Positions 27,001-35,867 of a stretch of DNA of 64,000 nucleotides are shown here, in pieces (within the stretch, counting starts at the first letter, position 1; every line of letters begins with the position of its first letter). The notes beneath the pieces are model-generated. The model worked only from the letters and a program-made list of their open reading frames with translations, did no database searches and had not been told where the DNA came from. The stretch lies in the NCBI GenBank assembly GCA_028716745.1, contig JAQUPE010000002.1, forward strand, positions 29,819-93,818. Direction: 5' to 3'. The stretch is from Minisyncoccota bacterium. GTDB taxonomy: Bacteria > Patescibacteriota > Minisyncoccia > UBA6257 > 02-FULL-45-10c. The position numbers and the translations under genes were made by a program.

Positions 27001-28291
27001 TAGTGTTCAGGTAATAGATGTTTCCAATCCTGCCACTCCCGTACTCTTCGGATCCGTTGGCGTAACTGCTCCATGGACTGTTTCAGTAAGAGGAAGATAT
27101 GCATATGTAGGAAATGGAAATAGCTTAACGGTCATCGACCTCGGCGGAGCCTACATACAGCAATTGGAAGCAGGCGGAATAGAAACAGGAACTTTGTCTA
27201 TAAGGACAAATGCTTCAATCAATAATGATTTGGATATAAGAGGAGGCTTGCAGATAGGAGGCGGACTGGCGGCATACGGAGCTTCTTCATTCTTCAGCAC
27301 CAGCACTGACAGCGTCCTTACTGTTGCGAGAAAAGGAGCGACATATCCTACTATATTCAAGCAAGGTACGGATGGAGCTTTTGTCTTAAATAATAATAAT
27401 GCCGATGTTATGACGTTAAAATCCAGCAAGATTGGTATTGGAACTACCACTCCTAGCTTGTCTTATGGAACTCTTACTGTTGGAGGTACAGGACTGACTA
27501 TTTCTGACGATGGCAATGCTAAATTGCAGATTGGAAGATATAGCGCGGCTGGAGGCAACGACTATTCATATATAAAGCCGTCAACTGTATCTCAAGGAAT
27601 AAGATTTTCAAACTCTGCCGATACGGATTGGGTTACTATTAAAAACAACGGCAACGTCGGAATCGGAACAACTGATCCGGGCATCTATAAACTCAGCGTA
27701 AGCGGATCGCTTGATTCTACGGGAATATATGAAAACGGGACTACTTTGAATAATACTTATGTAAATAAAAGCACATGGACAACGCACGACAATTATCCTT
27801 CCGCTTGCGGATCTGGATTCGCATCTGGGATTGGAGACTCGCTGACTTGCGGATTTAATACATACACCACTTACGCCACAAAATCAGGCGCCGAACAAAG
27901 AATTCAATCTTATGGCTATGCCGATATTACTATTGATAGACAGGCAGACACGGACCCTAATGGATTATGGACCTCCAATTATTATTACGATTGCCCCGTA
28001 GATGGCTATTATCAAGTAGAAGGCGGATTTATGGCCTCGGACATACAAGCATATTCTCCGACTTCAATCGCCGTTGCGGTAAACGGAACTATTAAGTGCT
28101 TTAATAAAAAACCTCAGCTATCAGGGGCAGGATATTGGGAGTCTTGGAATGTTTCCTGCATTGTTTATTGCACAACAAGCACGCATCAATATATAACCCT
28201 GCAAGCCCAAAGCGACGATGGAGATTTTAAAATCCAGAATGCCGTCGGTGCCGCATATACTTTCATTTCAGTTAACCTTGTAAGCAAATAA
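24035..28291 (+). CDS. giant secreted paralog 2 (1418 aa), same architecture
   Basis: Signal peptide ...SAFA|WSNP. Same repeat architecture, with 7 LVIVD-like units at ~26335-27150. The gap to paralog 1 is 14 nt. Confidence 0.8.
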   Translation: MEKINQKIKFIIIGAVSIAGAFAFSQSAFAWSNPAQSPPAEIGSLKFTSGFLGIGGIVTPSQSLQIKSASINGVYPLDLLNNSSGRRAAFYIANENGSIYFYDSAGAEKILLTSYWGNPSYINTSGGNFGIGTTDPQYKLDVKGSVRATSNIWVYGSIIMSKSDGVIQMRAGTAALPGIVISGDENTGIFSSGADKLSFSAGGTERITMLDNGNVGIGTATPDSAFTAMGGTFKLQVKSGEIFTSGFYAQPGGTTYLGNTIYNYATDADLTVNPRTTSKNLLLATGTGNVGIGTTAPLGKLDIGSTGTLAFGAATEKIESIGHSSGKYITITARGGATSARSIWMGRRGDDYNYLWMDTDATKFSFQKGMQIVGGSNIYGNLVFGGSTYLLGMGGSPIYGNNTSSGNLILDSTSSGTKGFVLINPSGGNVGVATTSPGAVFAVNGTIYSNTGYKFPDGALITNGAGLNSWTRANPNTYPTTIGNNIGIGTSSPDEKLHVAGNIKLSGTGKLIWGMNSWINSSDGLFTLNAPSNSLKLDVNPSGVSQILTSGASSLTLGASSTERIRISAAGNVGINSTDPGVEFDVTGRGRFSQGMQITGWQTFPSGTGLIMRDAGTYKEIQSFNSTPLALNPAGNNVGIGTTDPIATFTAQGAVSDIALFKSTGSSYGTVNIDVGGTGIPNLQFKQAGTAKAAIGVDSLGKLIFGLADTSAIKMTIDTNGNVGIGTTTPLAQLYVAGRTTPVQTGSVGSSSNIYNTYMAIQGNYAYQVDAEDSSVLQVIDISNPASPEIISSTNLGAISLDIAVQGKYAYITGPDLKVFDISNPKAPVNISTLGIVGDKIYVQGKYAYVATNVNYGAQTLKIVDISNPFVLTTAGSVAATNIPTDIFVQGRYAYIAGYDANCKIADISNPASPVIVSSFSTTDAATSIYVQGRYAYISTSPMNSGNLLVYDISNPAAPSNIATLGLGNDVKSIYAQGRYVYAGVRLSNSVQVIDVSNPATPVLFGSVGVTAPWTVSVRGRYAYVGNGNSLTVIDLGGAYIQQLEAGGIETGTLSIRTNASINNDLDIRGGLQIGGGLAAYGASSFFSTSTDSVLTVARKGATYPTIFKQGTDGAFVLNNNNADVMTLKSSKIGIGTTTPSLSYGTLTVGGTGLTISDDGNAKLQIGRYSAAGGNDYSYIKPSTVSQGIRFSNSADTDWVTIKNNGNVGIGTTDPGIYKLSVSGSLDSTGIYENGTTLNNTYVNKSTWTTHDNYPSACGSGFASGIGDSLTCGFNTYTTYATKSGAEQRIQSYGYADITIDRQADTDPNGLWTSNYYYDCPVDGYYQVEGGFMASDIQAYSPTSIAVAVNGTIKCFNKKPQLSGAGYWESWNVSCIVYCTTSTHQYITLQAQSDDGDFKIQNAVGAAYTFISVNLVSK
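27136..27559 (+). repeat. 424-nt tract about 98% identical to 31451..31874 (paralog 2 vs paralog 3 connector region)
   Basis: Direct comparison shows a handful of mismatches over about 424 nt. The identical shadow ORFs 27151..27450 and 31466..31765 in the track reflect the same tract. Confidence 0.85.
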
Positions 28292-28307
28292 ATAGAAATT
28301 ATAAAAT

Positions 28308-31300
28308 ATGAACAATAAATTTAAAAATAAAAATATGATTAAGTCTATAATTCTATTTTTGGGAATAATTATTTCTTCAACGGCCTTTGCATGGACTAAT
28401 CCCTCGGCCAATCCGACTCAAGTTACCGGAGCAATTTCAATCAGCGGCGGAAATCTTGGAGTGGGCGGCGTAACTTCCCCATCCCAATCTCTTCAAATAA
28501 AATCTTCCGCCGACAACGGAACTTATCCTTTGGACATTACCGATTCTTCCGGCAACAGAAGAGCCGCTATTTACATGGCTAACGGAAATCCCGAATTAAA
28601 TCTTTTTGATTCCGGCGGCACTCTTCGGGTAAAAATTTCTCCTTATGCCAATAACCCTAGCTATATAAACGTAAGCGGAGGAAATTTAGGAATAGGAACA
28701 ACCGCACCGGAATATAAACTACACATAGCCGGGACCGCTTATTTCGCCGGCGATACTACTGTATATGGAAACTTAGCCATAGATACCTCTGGAGGACAAA
28801 TAAAAATGAGAACCGGCACAGTCAGCGCTCCTGGCCTTCAAATTAATGGCGATCCAAATACCGGAGTCTATAGCGCCGCCGCCGATACTTTAAATGTATC
28901 AACCGCAGGCGCAAATCATATTACCGTGTTACCGTCTGGAAACGTAGGTTTTGGTTCCGGAGCTACCGCCCCAGACGGATCGTTCTATGTTAGAAATGCC
29001 GCAGGCGGCGTATTTAAATTCATGACCAGCGGAGAATTATATGTAGGCGGAACCATAGCCCAGCAAGGCGCCGAGAGCTACATGGGAAGCACTATAGTAA
29101 ATTACAGCTCCAATACTGACCTCACAGTTCAGCCTCGTACCACCTCTAAAAATTTAATACTGGCGACTGGAACTGGAAACGTAGGAATCGGAACTACTTC
29201 TCCTAAAGGAAAACTTGATGTGGGAGCAACAGGAAATATTATTTTTGGAAATGCAACAGAAAAAATAGATCTCAATGGAAATTATGTGAGATTATCCGGC
29301 AGAGGACTTGCCACTTCCGCCAGATCTATTTGGTTTGGCAGATTAAGCGATGCCAGCGACAGCCTGGCCATAGATACCGATGCTGTTATATTTGAATGGA
29401 GAAAAGGTATTGAAATGGTTGGCGATGTAACCCTCAATGGCCAGTTTTCTTTCAGCGGCAGCGGCTACTATCTTATGCTTCAAGGAAAAACAATTTACGG
29501 CGCAACTACAACCTCCGGAAATCTTACTCTTAATTCAACGTCTAATGCTACAAAAGGATTTGTCTTTCTTAATCCTTCTGGAGGAAGCGTGGGCGTAGCC
29601 ACCACTTCTCCAGGAGCCACATTCGCAGTTAACGGAGCTATTTATACAAATACCGGATTTAGATTCCCCGACGGAAGCATGCTGACAAATGGCGCCGGCT
29701 TAGGAGCGTGGTCTAAGTCAGGAAATTATTTATATCTGACCACCAGCTCCGACAATGTAGGCATCGGCACCTCTAGTCCGACAGAAAAACTTTATGTTGA
29801 TTCTGGAAATATCGGAGTAGATGAAGGATATAGCATGCTTTGGGGAGGAGCGGCTATATCAACACTTAATTATAATAATGGTTTGTATAAATTATATTAT
29901 AACGGCGATAACGATGGGTCCTTAGGAATTAATTTGGGAAGCAATATAATAAATATTTATTCTACTGGAAACTCATCTAATTTAACTTTTGGAGCAAACG
30001 ATTATAGCAGAAGAATAGTGATTACTCCTGCCGGAAATATCGGTATCAGTTCGACAGACCCAGGAACAGAATTAGACGTAACGGGAAGAGCCAGATTTTC
30101 TCAGGGAATACAGATAACCGGAGTAACCACATTCCCCGCCGGAACAGGAATTATTTTAAGAGACCAAACAAATTATAAAGAAATCCAATCATTTGATGTC
30201 TCTCCCCTCGCCTTAAACCCCGCCGGCAATAATGTCGGTATAGGAACAACCGCCCCAACTGCCCTATTTATGGTTTCTTCCTCAGGAACCGATCAAGCAG
30301 TCTTTAGATCTACCGATACTTCTTATGGAACCATGGGCGTTGATGTTGGAGGCACCGGCATTCCTAATGTCCAATTTAAACAAGCCGGAACTTCTAAGGC
30401 AGCGATTGGAGTTAATAACGCCGGACAATTAATATTTGGAATAACAAACACCACTGGCCCGAAAATGATTATTGGTTCAAACGGAAATGTTGGTGTTGGA
30501 TCAACAACGCCTATGGCCCAATTGCATGTAGCAGGAAATATACCAAGCGCAGCAGCAGGATCAACTTCTACGGGCAGTACGCCTGGCTCAGTCTTTATCC
30601 AAGGAAGATATGCCTATGTATTAAATTCAGTCGACAGAACCTTGCAGATTTTTGATGTTTCTAATCCTTCCGCTCCAATAAGCAAAGGAACAGCTACTAC
30701 AATAGGAGCATCTCAAGATCGTCCTCAAAATTTATATGTCCAAGGGAAATACGCATACTTAGCAGTTGATCATAATTATGGAAGCGAGCCGGGAACCATT
30801 CAGATTTTTGATGTTTCTAATCCTACTGCGCCAACAAATATAAGCATGGTAACAGCCGGCGATATTCCGGTTTCCGTATACGTCCAAGATAAATATGCAT
30901 ATGTTGTAAATTATGGAACAACAGATACGTTTAAAATTTTCGATATTTCCAATCCTTTCCAACCCACTCAAATAGGAACTATAAATACAACCTATTATGA
31001 TCCTACTTCTGTGTTTGTTCAGGGAAGATATGCTTACATTGTTTATGAAAACTCTTCCAGGCTTGAGATATTCGATATTTCTAATCCCGCAACGCCCATT
31101 AGTACAGGCTCTGTGAATACCGGCGCAAACGGCGCAACGGCAGTCTATGTTCAAGGAAGATATGCGTATATAGCAATGGATGGAAATTTTAAAATCGTTG
31201 ATATTTCCAATCCTGCCGCGCCCGCCAATAAAGGATCATTAAGCATCGTAGGATTTGAAATTGTTGTTCAAGGAAAATATGCATATCTGGCAGATGCAAG

Positions 31301-32555
31301 ATCTAATGTTATTAGAGTTATAGATGTTTCCAATGTTGACTCGCCCGTATTGATAGGATCTATGGGCACAGGAGGCTGGCCAGGATCTTTGGCCGTCCAA
31401 GGAAGATATGCGTATGTAGTAAATGGCACGTCTAATACTCTTCAAGTCTTCGACCTCGGCGGAGCCTACATACAGCAATTGGAAGCAGGCGGAATAGAAA
31501 CAGGAACTTTGTCTATAAGGACAAATGCTTCAATCAATAATGATTTGGATATAAGAGGAGGCTTGCAGATAGGAGGCGGACTGGCAGCATATGGAGCTTC
31601 TTCATTCTTCAGCACCAGTACTGACAGCGTCTTTACTGTTGGGAGAAAAGGAGCGACATATCCTACTGTATTCAAACAAGGTACGGATGGAGCTTTTGTC
31701 TTAAATAATAATAATGCCGATGTTATGACGTTAAAATCCAGCAAGATTGGTATTGGAACTACCACTCCTAGCTTGTCTTATGGAACTCTTACTGTTGGAG
31801 GCACAGGACTGACTATTTCTGACGATGGCAATGCTAAATTGCAGATTGGAAGATATAGCGCGGCCAACGATTATTCTTATTTCAAACTTACCCCGGGATC
31901 ATTTGGATTTAAATTTTCAAGTGCCAACGATTCTTCCGACTTGGTTATTATAGATTCTAATGGAGTAGATCTTGGAACGTCTGATGCTGATAGCCATAAA
32001 CTTGATGTTAATGGAACGCTTAACGCCACAAGCCTTTATGAAAATGGAACGGCTCTCTCCGCTTCTTATGTAGCAAGAAATAATTGGGCAACCCACGACA
32101 GCTATCCATCCGCTTGCGCCGCCGGCACTTTCTTAACCGGAATTGGAGATACCCTAACATGCGGATTCAGCAAAACTCCTTTCTTCTCCGCTAAAACAAG
32201 CTCTCAAGCAGTTTCTCCAAGCCAAACCACATGGACAACCGTTACTGTTCCCGCGGGCAACTATTCATGCAATACCGGATACTACAATGTTTCAGTCAGC
32301 TGGACAGCAGGTTTTGAGAGCGACATAACACAAGGAAGCTGGGCAGAAGCTGCCGTTGGAGTAGACGGATCTCCTAGATGCGTCAATTCTAAACCGTATT
32401 TTTCCTCAAAAGGTAATGAAACTTGGGCAATTTCATGCATGGTTTATTGTTCTGGAGCGCAAACGATTTCTATGATGATGAGGAGCAACGATACCGGCTT
32501 TACCATTCAATCTGGCGCCGGATCTTATCTCTCTGTAGTCTTTGTAAGCTATTAA
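28308..32555 (+). CDS. giant secreted paralog 3 (1415 aa), same architecture
   Basis: Signal peptide ...TAFA|WTNP. 7 LVIVD-like units at ~30603-31470. The gap to paralog 2 is 16 nt. A terminator follows. Confidence 0.8.
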   Translation: MNNKFKNKNMIKSIILFLGIIISSTAFAWTNPSANPTQVTGAISISGGNLGVGGVTSPSQSLQIKSSADNGTYPLDITDSSGNRRAAIYMANGNPELNLFDSGGTLRVKISPYANNPSYINVSGGNLGIGTTAPEYKLHIAGTAYFAGDTTVYGNLAIDTSGGQIKMRTGTVSAPGLQINGDPNTGVYSAAADTLNVSTAGANHITVLPSGNVGFGSGATAPDGSFYVRNAAGGVFKFMTSGELYVGGTIAQQGAESYMGSTIVNYSSNTDLTVQPRTTSKNLILATGTGNVGIGTTSPKGKLDVGATGNIIFGNATEKIDLNGNYVRLSGRGLATSARSIWFGRLSDASDSLAIDTDAVIFEWRKGIEMVGDVTLNGQFSFSGSGYYLMLQGKTIYGATTTSGNLTLNSTSNATKGFVFLNPSGGSVGVATTSPGATFAVNGAIYTNTGFRFPDGSMLTNGAGLGAWSKSGNYLYLTTSSDNVGIGTSSPTEKLYVDSGNIGVDEGYSMLWGGAAISTLNYNNGLYKLYYNGDNDGSLGINLGSNIINIYSTGNSSNLTFGANDYSRRIVITPAGNIGISSTDPGTELDVTGRARFSQGIQITGVTTFPAGTGIILRDQTNYKEIQSFDVSPLALNPAGNNVGIGTTAPTALFMVSSSGTDQAVFRSTDTSYGTMGVDVGGTGIPNVQFKQAGTSKAAIGVNNAGQLIFGITNTTGPKMIIGSNGNVGVGSTTPMAQLHVAGNIPSAAAGSTSTGSTPGSVFIQGRYAYVLNSVDRTLQIFDVSNPSAPISKGTATTIGASQDRPQNLYVQGKYAYLAVDHNYGSEPGTIQIFDVSNPTAPTNISMVTAGDIPVSVYVQDKYAYVVNYGTTDTFKIFDISNPFQPTQIGTINTTYYDPTSVFVQGRYAYIVYENSSRLEIFDISNPATPISTGSVNTGANGATAVYVQGRYAYIAMDGNFKIVDISNPAAPANKGSLSIVGFEIVVQGKYAYLADARSNVIRVIDVSNVDSPVLIGSMGTGGWPGSLAVQGRYAYVVNGTSNTLQVFDLGGAYIQQLEAGGIETGTLSIRTNASINNDLDIRGGLQIGGGLAAYGASSFFSTSTDSVFTVGRKGATYPTVFKQGTDGAFVLNNNNADVMTLKSSKIGIGTTTPSLSYGTLTVGGTGLTISDDGNAKLQIGRYSAANDYSYFKLTPGSFGFKFSSANDSSDLVIIDSNGVDLGTSDADSHKLDVNGTLNATSLYENGTALSASYVARNNWATHDSYPSACAAGTFLTGIGDTLTCGFSKTPFFSAKTSSQAVSPSQTTWTTVTVPAGNYSCNTGYYNVSVSWTAGFESDITQGSWAEAAVGVDGSPRCVNSKPYFSSKGNETWAISCMVYCSGAQTISMMMRSNDTGFTIQSGAGSYLSVVFVSY
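31451..31874 (+). repeat. partner copy of the 27136..27559 near-identical tract
   Basis: See the 27136..27559 entry. Confidence 0.85.
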
Positions 32556-32574
32556 TACCTAAACTAATAAAAAA

Positions 32575-32600
32575 CACCGCTTATCGCGGTGTTTTTTTGC
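32575..32600 (+). terminator. intrinsic terminator after the giant-gene triplet
   Basis: caccgc-ttat-cgcggtg hairpin followed by ttttttt. Confidence 0.65.
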
Positions 32601-32842
32601 TTATTTTTTGTTATCAAAAAATCTTATAAAGTGAAGGAAGTTGAAAAACAATAGATAATTCCAAGGATTATATATTCCCATAAACCCTAAAAAACCGAGA
32701 AATCCCAAAAAACCCATCCACTTGCTTTTTCCTATATTTTTTAAAAACATTGATTTTTAATTACATTAATTTCTAATTACTTCAACCTGCTAACCTCTGA
32801 TTTAATTATAATCTATAGAATCGATAAAACAAAACACATCTA

Positions 32843-33259
32843 TTATATCTTTTTTATCTCTTCTAATAAAACGCTGACCGAATCAACTATTTTTACTTTC
32901 GGATAAAAGAAAAAAATATTTGTATGCAAATGCTTATTTCCTACTACAAAAATCTTCTTATTTTCCGCTAAAGCAATGCCAAACTCGGCATGCATGCCTG
33001 TTCCTGCCCTATCGGTAATTAAAACAAAAACATCGCACTTTTTTATTCCGGCCAAAGCCAGCTTAGCGATTCTCGTTGCCCGTCTTGGATCTTTATCGCA
33101 AGGCTGGCCTATTAGTTGCTCAGTCCAATCAAAAGTCGTGGAATGGCCGGATTTCCTCAATTTTTCGGATAATCGCCTGACTAAACCCGCCCTTTTTGTT
33201 CTTGAAGCTATATAAAATTTCATTTGATAATAATTTTTTAGATAAACCCCCGCTTGCAA
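32843..33259 (-). CDS. nucleoside 2-deoxyribosyltransferase-like family protein (probable start at MKFYIASR, 33223)
   Basis: MKFYIAS...CDVFVLITD...GTGMHAEFGIALAENKKIFVV resembles the PF05014-type Rossmann-like pattern. Tentative. Confidence 0.4.
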   Translation of the reverse strand: MQAGVYLKNYYQMKFYIASRTKRAGLVRRLSEKLRKSGHSTTFDWTEQLIGQPCDKDPRRATRIAKLALAGIKKCDVFVLITDRAGTGMHAEFGIALAENKKIFVVGNKHLHTNIFFFYPKVKIVDSVSVLLEEIKKI

Positions 33260-33513
33260 TCCATTCTGGCCAATCTGCGAGATTGTTTATTTGTCATAAT
33301 TCCAAGCACTTCCGCATGCGCCATTATCCATCCAATCCATCTGCCCGCTTTAACCGAATCATCAAATTTTTGCATCTCTTTCATCATCCAAAGAAGATAT
33401 GCGGGCATATTTTCCTGACTTTCGTTTGGCTTGGCTTTCGGAAACTTCTTTTTTAATCTGACGGAAATAAAACCTATTACATTCGGGTAATATTTTATGC
33501 GCTTATTTACCAT
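33238..33513 (-). CDS. hypothetical small protein overlapping the secA stop and the downstream gene start
   Basis: ORF 33238..33570. The internal Met (MVNKRIKYY) at 33513 would abut the secA stop. No family recognised; could be spurious. Confidence 0.3.
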   Translation of the reverse strand: MVNKRIKYYPNVIGFISVRLKKKFPKAKPNESQENMPAYLLWMMKEMQKFDDSVKAGRWIGWIMAHAEVLGIMTNKQSRRLARMDCKRGFI

Positions 33514-35848
33514 GGCATTTTTTGAATTTTTTCCCGCTTCCGCACGGACATAAATCATTACGGCTAACATTTTTATAATCCCCCGCCAAATCTATTTTCT
33601 TTTCCGCCGGTTTTTTACCGGAATCTTTCGCGCTTGATTGAGAAAGCAAAACCTCTTTATTTTGTTCAAGCCATTTTTCAAATTCCTCGTTCATTCTCTT
33701 AAATAACATGCTCCCTTCACGGCGATATTCCACCAGCGGATCATGCTGCCCATAAGCTCTTAAACGAACCGATTCCCTCAAAGATTCCATATCTTCCAAA
33801 TGATTCATCCAATAAAAATCCAAAACAGCCAGTACTTGCGGATGTTTTATATTTTTTTCTTCTCCTGAAACTAAAATTTTAATGCCCGAATTTAATATAT
33901 CCCTTCTCTTTTTATAAATTGCCAAACGCTGCTTGTTTAATACATCATCATATTCCAAAAGATTTTTTCTGGCGTCAAAATTGAACCCTTCAACTTTTGC
34001 CTGCGCCTGAGAAACCGCCCTTGAAATAAATCCGGATTCTATCGGAACATCATCGGGAATATTCAAATTTTCCATCATGCTTTTTATTTTTCCCCCGCCG
34101 AAAATTCTTAACAAATCATCTTCTAAAGATAAAAAGAATGCTGATGAACCGGGATCTCCCTGTCTGCCGGAACGTCCGCGAAGCTGATTGTCTATGCGCC
34201 TAGCTTCATGCCTTTCTGTCCCAATAACGTGCAAACCGCCCAAATTTTTAACCTTTTCGGCTTCTGCCGGACTTGGCGGATTTCCGCCCAAAATTATATC
34301 TACGCCTCGTCCCGCCATGTTGGTAGCAATAGTTACGGCGCCCAAACGTCCCGCCTGTGCTACAATCGCGCCCTCGCGTTCATTATTCTTGGCATTTAAC
34401 ATTTCAAACCTGACGCCAGCCCGTCCCAATCTGTCAGCTAGTGCCTCATTTTTTTCTATAGAAATTGTTCCAACCAATACCGGCTGGCCTTTTTCCTGCC
34501 TTTCTTTAATATCCTTAGCCACTGCTTCAAACTTCGCTTCTTCATTTTTATAAATTAAATCGGGAAGATTTTTCCTGGCTATCGGCTTATTAGTAGGAAT
34601 ACTAACTACTTTTAACCCGTAAACTTTATCAAATTCCTCTGCAGATGTCTGTGCAGTACCGGTCATCCCCGCTAATTTTTCATAAAGACGGAAATAATTT
34701 TGAATCGTTATTTGCGCGTAAGTTCTCGATTCATTTTGAACAAAAACCCCCTCTTTTGCTTCTATTGCCTGATGCAATCCGCCTGAATATCTCCTACCCT
34801 GCATCAAACGGCCCGTAAATTGATCGACGATGATTATTTCTCCATTCTTCACAACATAATCTTTATCTTTTTTAAAAAGCCCATAAGCCTTTAACATTTC
34901 CTGCAAATAGTGAGTCAGGCGTAAATTTTCCGAAGAAAATAATTCTTTAATGCGTAAAGCTTTCTCTACCTTATCAATTCCCTCTTGAGTTATATCCGCC
35001 GATCTCGTTTTTTCATCAACAATATAGTCTTCATCTTTATTTAAAGAAGCCACCACTCTGGCAAATGTTTTGTAATAACCGCTCGATTCTTCATCGGGCG
35101 CAGAAATAATAAGCGGTGTACGCGCCTCATCGATTAAAATGCTGTCTATTTCATCAATGACCGCAAAATAATGCTCTCTCTGAACTTGTTCTCCGGAAGA
35201 ATAAACTAAGTTGTCTCTTAAATAATCAAAACCAAATTCATGATTTGTTCCATAAGTAATGTCCGCCGCATAAGCTTCTTTTCTGGTAATGGGCCTAAGA
35301 TATTCCTGCTGGACCAAAAAGTTTCCTTTTGTGTCTCTTTCTTTATCCAATAAATTATCGGCATTTTTTGAGATATGCAAAGGGTCATAAATAAGAGCCC
35401 CCTCATGGATCAAACAGGCTACTTTTAGGCCTAAAAAGTGAAAAATTTGCCCCATCCAGACCGCATCTCTCTTGGCTAGGTATTCATTAACAGTTACCAC
35501 ATGAACGCCTCTCCCAGACAAAGCGTTCAAATATATCGGCGCTGTTGAAGCCAGCGTTTTTCCTTCGCCGGTGGCCATCTCTGCAATTTTTCCTTCATGC
35601 AAAACTATTCCTCCTATCAGCTGAACATCGAAATGTCTTTGGCTTAAAGTTCTCTTCGCCGCTTCGCGAACCAGAGCAAAAGCTCTTATCATTTTTTCTT
35701 CTCCATCAGGAAAATCTTTAAGCTTTTTGCTTTCAGCCAAAATTTCCCCATCTTTTAAATCGGAAATTTCTTTTTCTAGTCCGTTGATTTTTTCTACCGC
35801 CGGTTTAAGTTTCCTGACGGGATCAAAAAATAATGATAATAATCCCAT
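33503..35848 (-). CDS. secA: preprotein translocase ATPase SecA
   Basis: MATGEGKTL (Walker A), DEAD-like motifs, C-terminal CPCGSGKKFKKCHG zinc-binding tail; 781 aa. Confidence 0.92.
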   Translation of the reverse strand: MGLLSLFFDPVRKLKPAVEKINGLEKEISDLKDGEILAESKKLKDFPDGEEKMIRAFALVREAAKRTLSQRHFDVQLIGGIVLHEGKIAEMATGEGKTLASTAPIYLNALSGRGVHVVTVNEYLAKRDAVWMGQIFHFLGLKVACLIHEGALIYDPLHISKNADNLLDKERDTKGNFLVQQEYLRPITRKEAYAADITYGTNHEFGFDYLRDNLVYSSGEQVQREHYFAVIDEIDSILIDEARTPLIISAPDEESSGYYKTFARVVASLNKDEDYIVDEKTRSADITQEGIDKVEKALRIKELFSSENLRLTHYLQEMLKAYGLFKKDKDYVVKNGEIIIVDQFTGRLMQGRRYSGGLHQAIEAKEGVFVQNESRTYAQITIQNYFRLYEKLAGMTGTAQTSAEEFDKVYGLKVVSIPTNKPIARKNLPDLIYKNEEAKFEAVAKDIKERQEKGQPVLVGTISIEKNEALADRLGRAGVRFEMLNAKNNEREGAIVAQAGRLGAVTIATNMAGRGVDIILGGNPPSPAEAEKVKNLGGLHVIGTERHEARRIDNQLRGRSGRQGDPGSSAFFLSLEDDLLRIFGGGKIKSMMENLNIPDDVPIESGFISRAVSQAQAKVEGFNFDARKNLLEYDDVLNKQRLAIYKKRRDILNSGIKILVSGEEKNIKHPQVLAVLDFYWMNHLEDMESLRESVRLRAYGQHDPLVEYRREGSMLFKRMNEEFEKWLEQNKEVLLSQSSAKDSGKKPAEKKIDLAGDYKNVSRNDLCPCGSGKKFKKCHGK

Positions 35849-35867
35849 AAAAATTAACTCGGCCTAA

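Noticed and set aside
21606-31765. Minus-strand ORFs inside the giant genes (21606..21833, 22393..22644, 22805..23050, 23580..23885, 24535..24729, 24823..25047, 26648..26830, 27151..27450, 30759..31154, 31239..31478, 31466..31765)
   Set aside because: These are shadow ORFs in a long coding region with strong + strand repeat architecture. The identical pair 27151..27450 and 31466..31765 only mirrors the near-identical DNA tract.
19749-32555. Diversity-generating retroelement targeting the variable C-terminal tips
   Set aside because: No reverse-transcriptase ORF and no template-repeat/variable-repeat pair with adenine-specific mismatches is visible nearby. The tip differences are far too extensive for DGR mutagenesis.
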